From an uncultured Candidatus Saccharibacteria bacterium (GTDB lineage: Bacteria > Patescibacteriota > Minisyncoccia > Phycocordibacterales > Phycocordibacteraceae): DNA of 20,805 nt. The notes below the pieces were generated by a model. The model was given only the letters and a program-made list of their open reading frames with translations, had not been told where the DNA came from and did not search any database. How positions within the stretch are numbered: the stretch's first letter is position 1; every line of letters begins with the position of its first letter. The position numbers were made by a program, and so were the translations under genes. The stretch spans positions 1 through 20,805 of the forward strand of contig CAYHUW010000006.1 of the NCBI GenBank assembly GCA_964359685.1. Reading direction: 5' to 3'. This document shows, piece after piece, positions 1 to 6,357 of this stretch.

Positions 1-993
1 AATGGTAATTATTTTTATTTCCGGAGAATGCACTTTCTTCAGGCAGGCGTACAGGGTCGTCGTTTTTCCGGAGCCCGTGGGACCGGTATTCAGAAGCATG
101 CCGTTCGGCTTTCTGATTTCTTTTTCAACGAGCGCCCGCAGTTTCGGTTCCATACCCAAGCCCTCAAACGGAACCGAAATTGATTCAGGGTCCAAAAGAC
201 GCATAACAACGGTCTCTCCGTTTGCACCGGGGATGACCGACGTTCTGATTTCCACCTCCTTCTTATTCAGTTCCACCGAAAAACGTCCGTCCTGGGCGGC
301 GTCATGAACATTCAGTTTTAGTCCCGACAGCAGTTTGATACGCGACAGCAGCAGCGCGTGTGTTTCGTGGTCCATGGTCATGATGTCGTGCAGCACCCCG
401 TCCAGCCGGTAGCGCATCCGCACATTTTCCGCCTCGGTTTCAATATGAATGTCGGATGCATCCACGGCAAACGCTCCGGCGAGAACAACTTCAAGAATTT
501 TTGAAATGCGGTAGGCTTTTTTGAGAGAAGCCACTTCCGCAACCGAGGTCCGGATGTCCTCAACCGTTTTTATTTTTTCTATTGAGTTTGCGAGTTCTTC
601 GGAAGAAATGTCCAGCGCCCCCTCTTTGCTCTTCATTGCAAACGAAAGGTCTTTGTAGCGCTCCCATGCCCGCTCCAGGCTCGCGCGCGACACCATAAGC
701 TGTGTTACTTCGTAACCGTGCTCATTCAGGTCCGCCAGGACAGGGGGGAGTTCGGGATGGTTCGGTGAACGAACTCCGAGGGATATTTTTTTACCGACGA
801 TGTCAAAGGCCGCTACCTCGGCCTTACGGGCCTCAGCCTCATTTATCAGGCGGAGCGCGTCGGTGTTTATGGAGGAGCGGGTGAGGTCGCGGTAACTGAT
901 CCCGTACTTTGCCGACAACAGCTCGGCAAGCTCTTCTTCCTCCCGTCGCCGCAACTCCTCAAAATGCTGTTCGGTCTTGTCGGAAAGCGCCAT
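1..993 (-). CDS. pilB: Type IV pilus assembly / type II secretion ATPase (PilB/GspE family). First 331 codons only; the C-terminus runs off the left edge.
   Basis: Absent from the ORF track because it has no stop in the window. My reverse-strand translation from the ATG (complement of 991-993) reads MALSDKTEQHFEELRRREEEELAELLSAKYGISY...AVDASDIHIE...VRMRYRLDGVLHD...DGRFSV...IRTSVIPGANGETVVMRLLD...LLNTGPTGSGKTTTLYA. It contains the Walker A motif GPTGSGKTTT, and the frame stays open to position 1. Confidence 0.85.
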   Translation of the reverse strand, partial: MALSDKTEQHFEELRRREEEELAELLSAKYGISYRDLTRSSINTDALRLINEAEARKAEVAAFDIVGKKISLGVRSPNHPELPPVLADLNEHGYEVTQLMVSRASLERAWERYKDLSFAMKSKEGALDISSEELANSIEKIKTVEDIRTSVAEVASLKKAYRISKILEVVLAGAFAVDASDIHIETEAENVRMRYRLDGVLHDIMTMDHETHALLLSRIKLLSGLKLNVHDAAQDGRFSVELNKKEVEIRTSVIPGANGETVVMRLLDPESISVPFEGLGMEPKLRALVEKEIRKPNGMLLNTGPTGSGKTTTLYACLKKVHSPEIKIITI

Positions 994-1008
994 AGGCAAA
1001 ATGTTACC

Positions 1009-1446
1009 ATGGCGCGTATGGAGATGACGCTTGAGGATTTGGCGGATTTTGCGGGGCGCATCGTTCTGGAGCTTCCGCAGGAGGCAGGGGAGCGGGCGCA
1101 CGTTATCGGGCTCTCGGGGCCTTTGGGGGCGGGGAAGACGACGTTCGTGCAGATGCTTGCCAAAGAGCTCGGCGTAACGGACACCGTGCCGAGCCCGACA
1201 TTTACCCTGGTTCGTCCGTACAAAATTTTTCACCCCGCATTTAAAAAACTGATTCACGTTGACGCGTACCGCCTCTCGGAAAATGACACGGGCGGGATCG
1301 GCTGGTCCGAATACGAAAACGACCCCGAGAATTTGATTCTGGTGGAGTGGCCTGAACATCTGGGGAGCGAGGTTGCAAAACGTATCCCGACCATACGCAT
1401 GAACCTCGTTGACGAGACCCGCCGCGTAGTCACGCACTACGCGTAA
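1009..1446 (+). CDS. tsaE: tRNA threonylcarbamoyladenosine (t6A) biosynthesis ATPase TsaE (YjeE)
   Basis: Contains the P-loop GLSGPLGAGKTTFVQ, then SPTFTL, and the HVDAYRL / LVEWPE motifs typical of TsaE. Start 1009 is preferred over the track's 964, which would overlap the pilB start. CAAAAT at 997-1002 lies 6 nt upstream of the 1009 ATG. Confidence 0.85.
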   Translation: MARMEMTLEDLADFAGRIVLELPQEAGERAHVIGLSGPLGAGKTTFVQMLAKELGVTDTVPSPTFTLVRPYKIFHPAFKKLIHVDAYRLSENDTGGIGWSEYENDPENLILVEWPEHLGSEVAKRIPTIRMNLVDETRRVVTHYA

Positions 1447-1453
1447 TTTCTGT

Positions 1454-3859
1454 ATGGCAAAAAAGGAACGCGAAACCCTGGTTCTCCTTGATACGCACGC
1501 GATTATTCATCGTGCGTACCACGCGCTCCCCGAACTTACGTCGCCGTCAGGCGAGCCCGTCGGTGCGCTGTACGGACTTTCAACGATGCTGATGAAAATA
1601 GTGAAGGAGATGAAGCCGGACCACGTCATCGCGGCGTTTGATCTCCCTGGGGCGACCCACAGGCACGACGTATATAAAGAGTACAAAGCGAAACGCCCCA
1701 AGACGGACGATGCTCTGGTTGAACAGATCAAGCGCGCCCGCGACGTCCTCTCGGCGTTCGGGATTCCTCTGTATGAATCACCCGGGTTTGAGGCGGATGA
1801 CGTTATCGGGACAATCGCGGAAACGGCGAAAAAGAATTTCAACGTTATTATCGCCTCCGGCGACATGGACACGCTCCAGTTGGTTGACGGTGAACGGGTG
1901 CGTGTTTTTACGCTGAGGAAAGGCATTCAGGATACGGTTTTGTATGACGAACAGGCGGTTGTCAGCAGATTCGGGTTTCCCCCCGAACGCATTCCCGACT
2001 ACAAAGGATTCGCGGGCGACCCATCGGACAACATCATCGGCATTCCCGGCATCGGGGAAAAAACCGCAACTAATCTGATTCTCACTTTCGGTTCTATGGA
2101 AGGCGTGTACAAAGCATTGAAAAAATCCGACGACGCGCTTCTTAAAGCGGGCATCAAAGGGAAGGCCGCCGAGCTCATTAAGACGCATGAAGATGAGGCA
2201 GAGTTTTCAAAAGTGCTCGCGACCATACGGAAGGATGCCCCCATTACATTCGTTGAACCCGAGCGTACGTTTTTGGAAACGCTCAACGTAGAGAAAACGG
2301 TGGGGCTTATGACCGAACTTGGGTTTCGCTCGCTCGTTCCCCGGGTAAAAGCACTCGGCGGCGCCGAAGAAAAAAAAGCGGACGCGAACAAAGAAAAGGC
2401 CGACACCCCGCTTCGCTCCACGCTTTTCGCGCCCGCTTTAAGCGCCGACGAGGAAGCGCTTCTCGCGGAGGCGCGGGTCATGCTGTGGCTCACGCAGTCC
2501 GAACTTACCAATCCGAATCTTGAAGACGTTCTGAATAACACAAAGTCAAAAACGCTCGCGGAAGCGCATGAAAAACTGCTCACACTTGTAAAAAAAGAAA
2601 AACTGGAACGAGTCTGGGGAGAAATTGAAAAACCGCTGATTCCGGTTATAGACGCGATTAACCGCCACGGGGTCATGATTGACGCCGCATATCTGCGATC
2701 CCTCGGCGCGGAGTACCACAAAGAACTTGATTCTCTTTCGGCAAAAATTTATGCGGAAGCAGGCGGGGACTTTACCATCACTTCCCCCAAGCAACTCGGC
2801 GGCGTTCTGTTTGAGAAGTGGGGGGTGGGGCAGGAGCCGGGGAAGCGACAGAAAAAAACCGCGACGGGGCAGATTTCCACCCGCGAGTCGGAACTCGTAA
2901 AACTGAAAGGGGAGCATGCGATTATAGATTTGATTCTCGCGCACCGCGAACTCCAGAAGCTTCTCTCAACGTACATAGACGCCATACCGCCTCTTTTGGA
3001 CCCGGACGGGCGTTTGCACACCACGTTTGTCCAGACGGGGGCCGCCACGGGCCGCCTGTCTTCACAGAATCCGAACCTGCAGAACATTCCGATAAAAACG
3101 GAACTCGGACGCCGTATCAGAACCGCATTCGTCGCGCCTCCGGGAAACAGGCTTCTCTCGTTTGACTACTCGCAGATAGAGTTGCGGCTTGCGGCGTTTC
3201 TTTCGGGGGATGCGAAACTTACGGAGATTTTTAAACGCGGGGAAGACGTGCATTCGGCCGTCGCAGCCGAAGTGTTTGGTGTCCCTCAGTCCGAAGTTAC
3301 GTATGACATGCGCAGGAGCGCAAAGGTAATCAATTTCGGCATTCTCTACGGCATGGGGGTCAATGCGCTCCGTGAAAGCCTGGGAACGGAAAGGAAAGAA
3401 GCGCAGGATTTTTATAACCGCTACTTTGAAACATTCAAAACGCTTGCCGAATACATGCAGAAAACCAGGAGCTCGGCGGCGCGCCTCGGCTACACGACGA
3501 CGTATTTCGGCAGGAAACGCTACTTCCCGGGCATTCGCTCAAAAATTCCGTACGTACGTGCATCAGCCGAACGCATGGCAATCAATGCGCCCCTCCAGGG
3601 GACGCAGTCTGACATCATCAAAATCGCGATGACACGAATTCATGACATGTTTCGGGACAAGTACCCCGGCCGGGCGGCGATTGTGCTTCAGATCCACGAC
3701 GAGTTGATATTTGAAGTGAAAGCCGAAGATGTTGCGGGGGTTGCCGCGGACGTGCGTGGGATTATGGAGGGAGTTCTCAGTCCTGAAGAGTTGCACGGGA
3801 TTCCGGTTCTGGTTTCTGGCGAAGCGGGGCAGAATTGGGGAGACATGCACAACATATAA
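1454..3859 (+). CDS. polA: DNA polymerase I (5'-nuclease domain plus family A polymerase domain; 3'-5' exonuclease domain reduced or absent)
   Basis: 801 aa. The N-terminus resembles a 5'-3' exonuclease (LLDTHAIIHRAYHAL, GFEADDVIGT, GIPGIGEKTA). Polymerase motif A is DYSQIELRLAA, motif B is RRSAKVINFGILYGM and motif C is QIHDELIFE. Confidence 0.95.
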   Translation: MAKKERETLVLLDTHAIIHRAYHALPELTSPSGEPVGALYGLSTMLMKIVKEMKPDHVIAAFDLPGATHRHDVYKEYKAKRPKTDDALVEQIKRARDVLSAFGIPLYESPGFEADDVIGTIAETAKKNFNVIIASGDMDTLQLVDGERVRVFTLRKGIQDTVLYDEQAVVSRFGFPPERIPDYKGFAGDPSDNIIGIPGIGEKTATNLILTFGSMEGVYKALKKSDDALLKAGIKGKAAELIKTHEDEAEFSKVLATIRKDAPITFVEPERTFLETLNVEKTVGLMTELGFRSLVPRVKALGGAEEKKADANKEKADTPLRSTLFAPALSADEEALLAEARVMLWLTQSELTNPNLEDVLNNTKSKTLAEAHEKLLTLVKKEKLERVWGEIEKPLIPVIDAINRHGVMIDAAYLRSLGAEYHKELDSLSAKIYAEAGGDFTITSPKQLGGVLFEKWGVGQEPGKRQKKTATGQISTRESELVKLKGEHAIIDLILAHRELQKLLSTYIDAIPPLLDPDGRLHTTFVQTGAATGRLSSQNPNLQNIPIKTELGRRIRTAFVAPPGNRLLSFDYSQIELRLAAFLSGDAKLTEIFKRGEDVHSAVAAEVFGVPQSEVTYDMRRSAKVINFGILYGMGVNALRESLGTERKEAQDFYNRYFETFKTLAEYMQKTRSSAARLGYTTTYFGRKRYFPGIRSKIPYVRASAERMAINAPLQGTQSDIIKIAMTRIHDMFRDKYPGRAAIVLQIHDELIFEVKAEDVAGVAADVRGIMEGVLSPEELHGIPVLVSGEAGQNWGDMHNI

Positions 3860-3862
3860 CTC

Positions 3863-4552
3863 ATGCTGTACGTACTTGTCGGTAGTGATTTTGTCAAAAT
3901 AAAAAAGCGAATCGCGGAGATTGCAAAAGGGTTTGAGCTTGTGCGGTTTGGAGAAGCGGCGGAAGCATTTGCGGGTGCACCCGCCAAGCTCGGGGCGAGC
4001 GGTCTTTTTTCTCCGAAAGTGGCGCTCCATTTGGATAAGCCGTTGGAAGACGCGGACGCGAAAGCATTGGTACTGGAGCATGCGAAAGCGTTTGCGAACT
4101 CTGAAACGCCGGTAATACTGACCGCGTCCGCTCTTGATGCCGAGACGAAAAAGAAAATTCCTAAAAATGCATCCGTAGAAACGTTTGAAGAAAAAACGGA
4201 AGGTGAGGGCGCTTCGCAAAGTACGTTTGCGCTTACGGACGCGTATGTGAAAGGCGATAGAAAACAGACATGGGTTTTGTACCGGGAATTTATTGAAAGC
4301 GGCGCTTCGGCCGAAGAGCTGCACGGCATTCTTTCCTGGCAGGTACGCGCTCTGGTTCTGGCGTCAAAAACAAAGAGCGCAACCGAGGCGGGGCTGAAGC
4401 CGTTTGTGTACACAAAAGCAAAATCCGCACTCACCAGAATGAACGTACATCCGGAAGAAATTTCCCGCGAGCTCGTTTCTCTGTATCATCGGTCCCGCAT
4501 GGGGCAGGGGAGCCTGGAGGATCTACTGGAGATATTTCTGTTGAAGAAATAA
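3863..4552 (+). CDS. Short DNA polymerase III delta subunit (HolA)-like protein
   Basis: 229 aa, starting 4 nt after the polA stop. The C-terminal half (FALTDAYVKGDRKQTWVLYREFIESGASAEELHGILSWQVRALVLASK...) follows the HolA domain III pattern F.L.DA...G....A...L...G..P..IL..L..Q.R.L. It is much shorter than E. coli HolA. Confidence 0.5.
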   Translation: MLYVLVGSDFVKIKKRIAEIAKGFELVRFGEAAEAFAGAPAKLGASGLFSPKVALHLDKPLEDADAKALVLEHAKAFANSETPVILTASALDAETKKKIPKNASVETFEEKTEGEGASQSTFALTDAYVKGDRKQTWVLYREFIESGASAEELHGILSWQVRALVLASKTKSATEAGLKPFVYTKAKSALTRMNVHPEEISRELVSLYHRSRMGQGSLEDLLEIFLLKK

Positions 4553-4570
4553 TCCTTTTGAAATCGGTAA

Positions 4571-4598
4571 TTGACTGTTGTTCCCAAACGGGTAAGAT
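4571..4598 (+). promoter_or_regulatory. Putative sigma70-type promoter TTGACT-N16-TAAGAT, placed for a leaderless transcript of ORF 4605
   Basis: TTGACT lies at 4571-4576 and TAAGAT at 4593-4598. The ATG at 4605 is exactly 6 nt after the -10 hexamer. Confidence 0.5.
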
Positions 4599-4604
4599 TT
4601 ATTT

Positions 4605-4943
4605 ATGAGTGACGGAGGGATAAAAGTCGAGCAATTTCAGATACCGCAAAGCGACCCGCTGACGTTTGCAACTCAAAATCGAGAGGAAATGGAAGCGCTG
4701 ACGGCAGGTCTCTTGGCGCTCGTGCAGGAAAATAACGATGGGCGTACGCATTTTGGAGGAGCAGTAAACCGCATCCGTGGCGACGATATGACGGTCGAAG
4801 CCATCATGATTAAGGGTCTTTTGGCCAAGAAGAACGGGCGATTCCCGGGGTCACTCTTGGGGGGTTTGATGCTTGGGCAAGCTCCTGAGACGAACGTAGT
4901 TCCATTTACCGGACGCAGGAAAAGGAATCCGCGTTCGGAGTAA
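4605..4943 (+). CDS. Hypothetical protein (112 aa), no family recognised
   Basis: An ATG ORF with a promoter-like signal directly upstream and no competing gene on the other strand. No recognisable motif or TM segment. Confidence 0.5.
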   Translation: MSDGGIKVEQFQIPQSDPLTFATQNREEMEALTAGLLALVQENNDGRTHFGGAVNRIRGDDMTVEAIMIKGLLAKKNGRFPGSLLGGLMLGQAPETNVVPFTGRRKRNPRSE

Positions 4944-4955
4944 CGAGGCCGCACA

Positions 4956-5089
4956 TGGTCACAACTCTCGGTTCGCCGCCGCTCACCTCGGTTGCCGACC
5001 CCGACTCACGGTCTCGCGTGACGCTCGACATCGTTCCGTCTCGCACATGTAAACAAAAACAGCCCGCAGGGGCTGTGTTTTGATTCATG
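4956..5089 (-). repeat. Copy 1 of a conserved tRNA-abutting non-coding module
   Basis: Alignable by eye with 10480-10631 and with the reverse complement of 17291-17428. Shared blocks are TGGTCAC..CAACTCTCG, TCGGTTGCCGACCCCGACTC (4988-5007) and ACATCGTTCCGTCT (5028-5041), followed by a terminal hairpin. The strand given is that of the abutting tRNA; the transcribed strand is unknown. Confidence 0.75.
5059..5076. terminator. Bidirectional intrinsic-terminator-like hairpin between ORF 4605-4943 and tRNA-Lys
   Basis: ACAGCCC-gcag-GGGCTGT is a 7-bp stem. It is flanked by an A run on the 5' side and GTTTTG on the 3' side, so a T run follows the stem on both strands. Confidence 0.6.
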
Positions 5090-5162
5090 TGCGCCCACTT
5101 GGACTCGAACCAAGGACCTTCTCCTTAAAAGGGAGCCGCTCTACCGACTGAGCTATGGGCGC
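5090..5162 (-). tRNA. tRNA-Lys (anticodon UUU)
   Basis: The reverse complement folds as a cloverleaf: gcgccca ta gctc agtcggta gagc g gctcc CTTTTAA ggaga aggtc cttgg ttcgagt ccaag tgggcgc a. 73 nt, no encoded CCA. Confidence 0.9.
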
Positions 5163-5237
5163 AAATCCTGCCTCTCAAGTACACCTTTCGGGGCTGGTTC
5201 AGGGATTATGCGCCAAAAACCTGGTTTTTTCCAGTCT

Positions 5238-5582
5238 TTAGTACGGTAAATCAAACGCCAGCCCGCCGGGGCCGTTTACCAGAAGGAATGCAAGAATCGC
5301 AAGCGTCAGAAGCAGCGTTGCGCGAGTGCCGAAAACCGACTCATGTTTGGCGCGCTTGAACGAGATAATCGCCTGTACGCCCGCCGCAACAACGGCTACC
5401 TGGGTAAAAAGTCCGACTGCAATCAAAAGTCCGCATACACCGGAAGCGATTGAGAGGTATTTCCACTTCTTTACCTTCCACAGTGCGCGCGCATCAAAGA
5501 GGAAAAGTACCGCAACCGCCGCACGCAGGATAATAACCGCGAGGAAACTCAGGAAAAAGAGACCTGGGAAAACGCTTTCCAT
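5238..5582 (-). CDS. Small polytopic membrane protein, DoxX-like C-terminus
   Basis: 114 aa, almost entirely hydrophobic, with about 4 predicted TM segments. It ends in LLVNGPGGLAFD, which resembles the GPGxxSLD end of DoxX-family proteins. TATAGT lies 6 nt upstream of its ATG. Confidence 0.45.
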   Translation of the reverse strand: MESVFPGLFFLSFLAVIILRAAVAVLFLFDARALWKVKKWKYLSIASGVCGLLIAVGLFTQVAVVAAGVQAIISFKRAKHESVFGTRATLLLTLAILAFLLVNGPGGLAFDLPY

Positions 5583-5588
5583 GGTGGC

Positions 5589-5594
5589 ACTATA
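5589..5594 (-). promoter_or_regulatory. -10-like TATAGT (minus strand) 6 nt upstream of the ATG at 5582, within a 17-bp divergent intergenic region
   Basis: The reverse complement of 5580-5596 reads gaTATAGTgccaccATG. The same A/T core read on the + strand (CACTAT, 5588-5593) lies 6 nt upstream of the trmH-like ATG at 5600. Confidence 0.45.
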
Positions 5595-5599
5595 TCACG

Positions 5600-6085
5600 A
5601 TGGCTCAGCGGGGAATCACACTCATTCTTCACGATATTCGGAGTTCGGAAAACGTCGGTTCTATATTCAGAACCGCGGATGCCGCCGGGGTTTCAAAAAT
5701 CTATCTGACGGGCTACACCCCCGCACCGCTTGATCGGTTTAAAAGAAAAAATACAAAACTCGCCAAGGCGGCTTTGGGCGCGGAAGATGTCGTTCCTTGG
5801 GAGCGCGCGGAGGATGTTGTTCCGCTTCTAGAACGCCTGAAAAGCGAAGGCGTACAGATTATTGCCGTTGAGCAGGATCCGCGGGCACTCCCGTATACGA
5901 GTGTACGGGGGGAGGGAGTTGTTGCGTATATTTTCGGTAACGAAGTCACAGGACTTACAAAAAATATTTTAGATGCAGCCGACTCGGTTGCTGAAATCCC
6001 GATGCACGGGAAGAAAGAGTCACTGAATGTTTCTGTCGCGGCGGGCATCATACTTTTCCACGCACGGGACTCCCAAAATCATTGA
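5600..6085 (+). CDS. SpoU/TrmH-family RNA 2'-O-ribose methyltransferase (SPOUT)
   Basis: 161 aa. Contains LILHDIRSSENVGSIFRTADAAGV, FGNEVTGL and PMHGKKESLNVSVAAGIILF, which are the three SpoU motifs. Confidence 0.85.
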   Translation: MAQRGITLILHDIRSSENVGSIFRTADAAGVSKIYLTGYTPAPLDRFKRKNTKLAKAALGAEDVVPWERAEDVVPLLERLKSEGVQIIAVEQDPRALPYTSVRGEGVVAYIFGNEVTGLTKNILDAADSVAEIPMHGKKESLNVSVAAGIILFHARDSQNH

Positions 6086-6120
6086 CGCGAAAGGGGATAG
6101 GAATTATATTTTCCACTTCA

Positions 6121-6357
6121 ATGGATACTATTTCAAGTCGCCTGAGCGCGCTTATTGAAGGCGGAGCGAGAATTCGCACCGAACGTTTTGCCGCGATAGA
6201 AAAACTTCGCGAGCTCGGCTTCATCAAAGACGGGAAGCTCCACCGGCCTCCCGCTCAACCGAGAGCAGTCAGCACGCATACCAAAAAGGGGCTCCTGCTT
6301 TTCAGCGGGCGGCAAAGCGAAGACCCGCGCACGGTTCTGAAACGTCTTGAAGATTAA
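6121..6357 (+). CDS. Hypothetical small protein (78 aa from the ATG at 6121; the track starts at TTG 6082)
   Basis: An open frame with no recognised motif. Its stop overlaps the stop of the convergent gene 6354-7328. Confidence 0.3.
   Translation: MDTISSRLSALIEGGARIRTERFAAIEKLRELGFIKDGKLHRPPAQPRAVSTHTKKGLLLFSGRQSEDPRTVLKRLED

Noticed and set aside
2-1223. Track ORFs 2-307 (+), 378-563 (-), 702-884 (+) and 867-1223 (-), as possible genes at the left edge.
   Set aside because: The whole interval 1-993 is one continuous minus-strand frame encoding a convincing PilB/GspE ATPase with a Walker A motif. The listed ORFs are other frames of that gene, or antisense to tsaE.
1507-4434. Long antisense or off-frame ORFs inside polA and the holA-like gene. 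Examples are 1999-2721 (-) 240 aa, 3563-4324 (-) 253 aa, 3688-4434 (-) 248 aa and 1778-2188 (-).
   Set aside because: They overlap strongly motif-supported genes on the other strand or frame. Their translations are Ser/Arg/Ala/Pro-rich low-complexity strings typical of shadow ORFs in GC-rich coding DNA, and no motifs are recognisable.
4999-5007. CCCCGACTC / GAGTCGGGG as a DNA-uptake-sequence-like motif, considered because type IV pilus genes are present and uptake sequences often sit in terminators.
   Set aside because: I found the motif only inside the three module copies and never inside coding DNA in this window, whereas true uptake sequences are scattered through genes. Three copies are too few to argue for it, so it remains only an untested alternative.
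4906-5088. The idea that the conserved module encodes a small peptide (track ORFs 4906-5088 (-) and 17359-17631 (+); conserved ATGT block).
   Set aside because: The distance between the conserved ATG and the conserved GAGTCGGGG block is 24, 25 and 26 nt in the three copies, so the frame is not conserved. Copy 2 terminates after 15 codons, and the ORFs run into tRNA genes.
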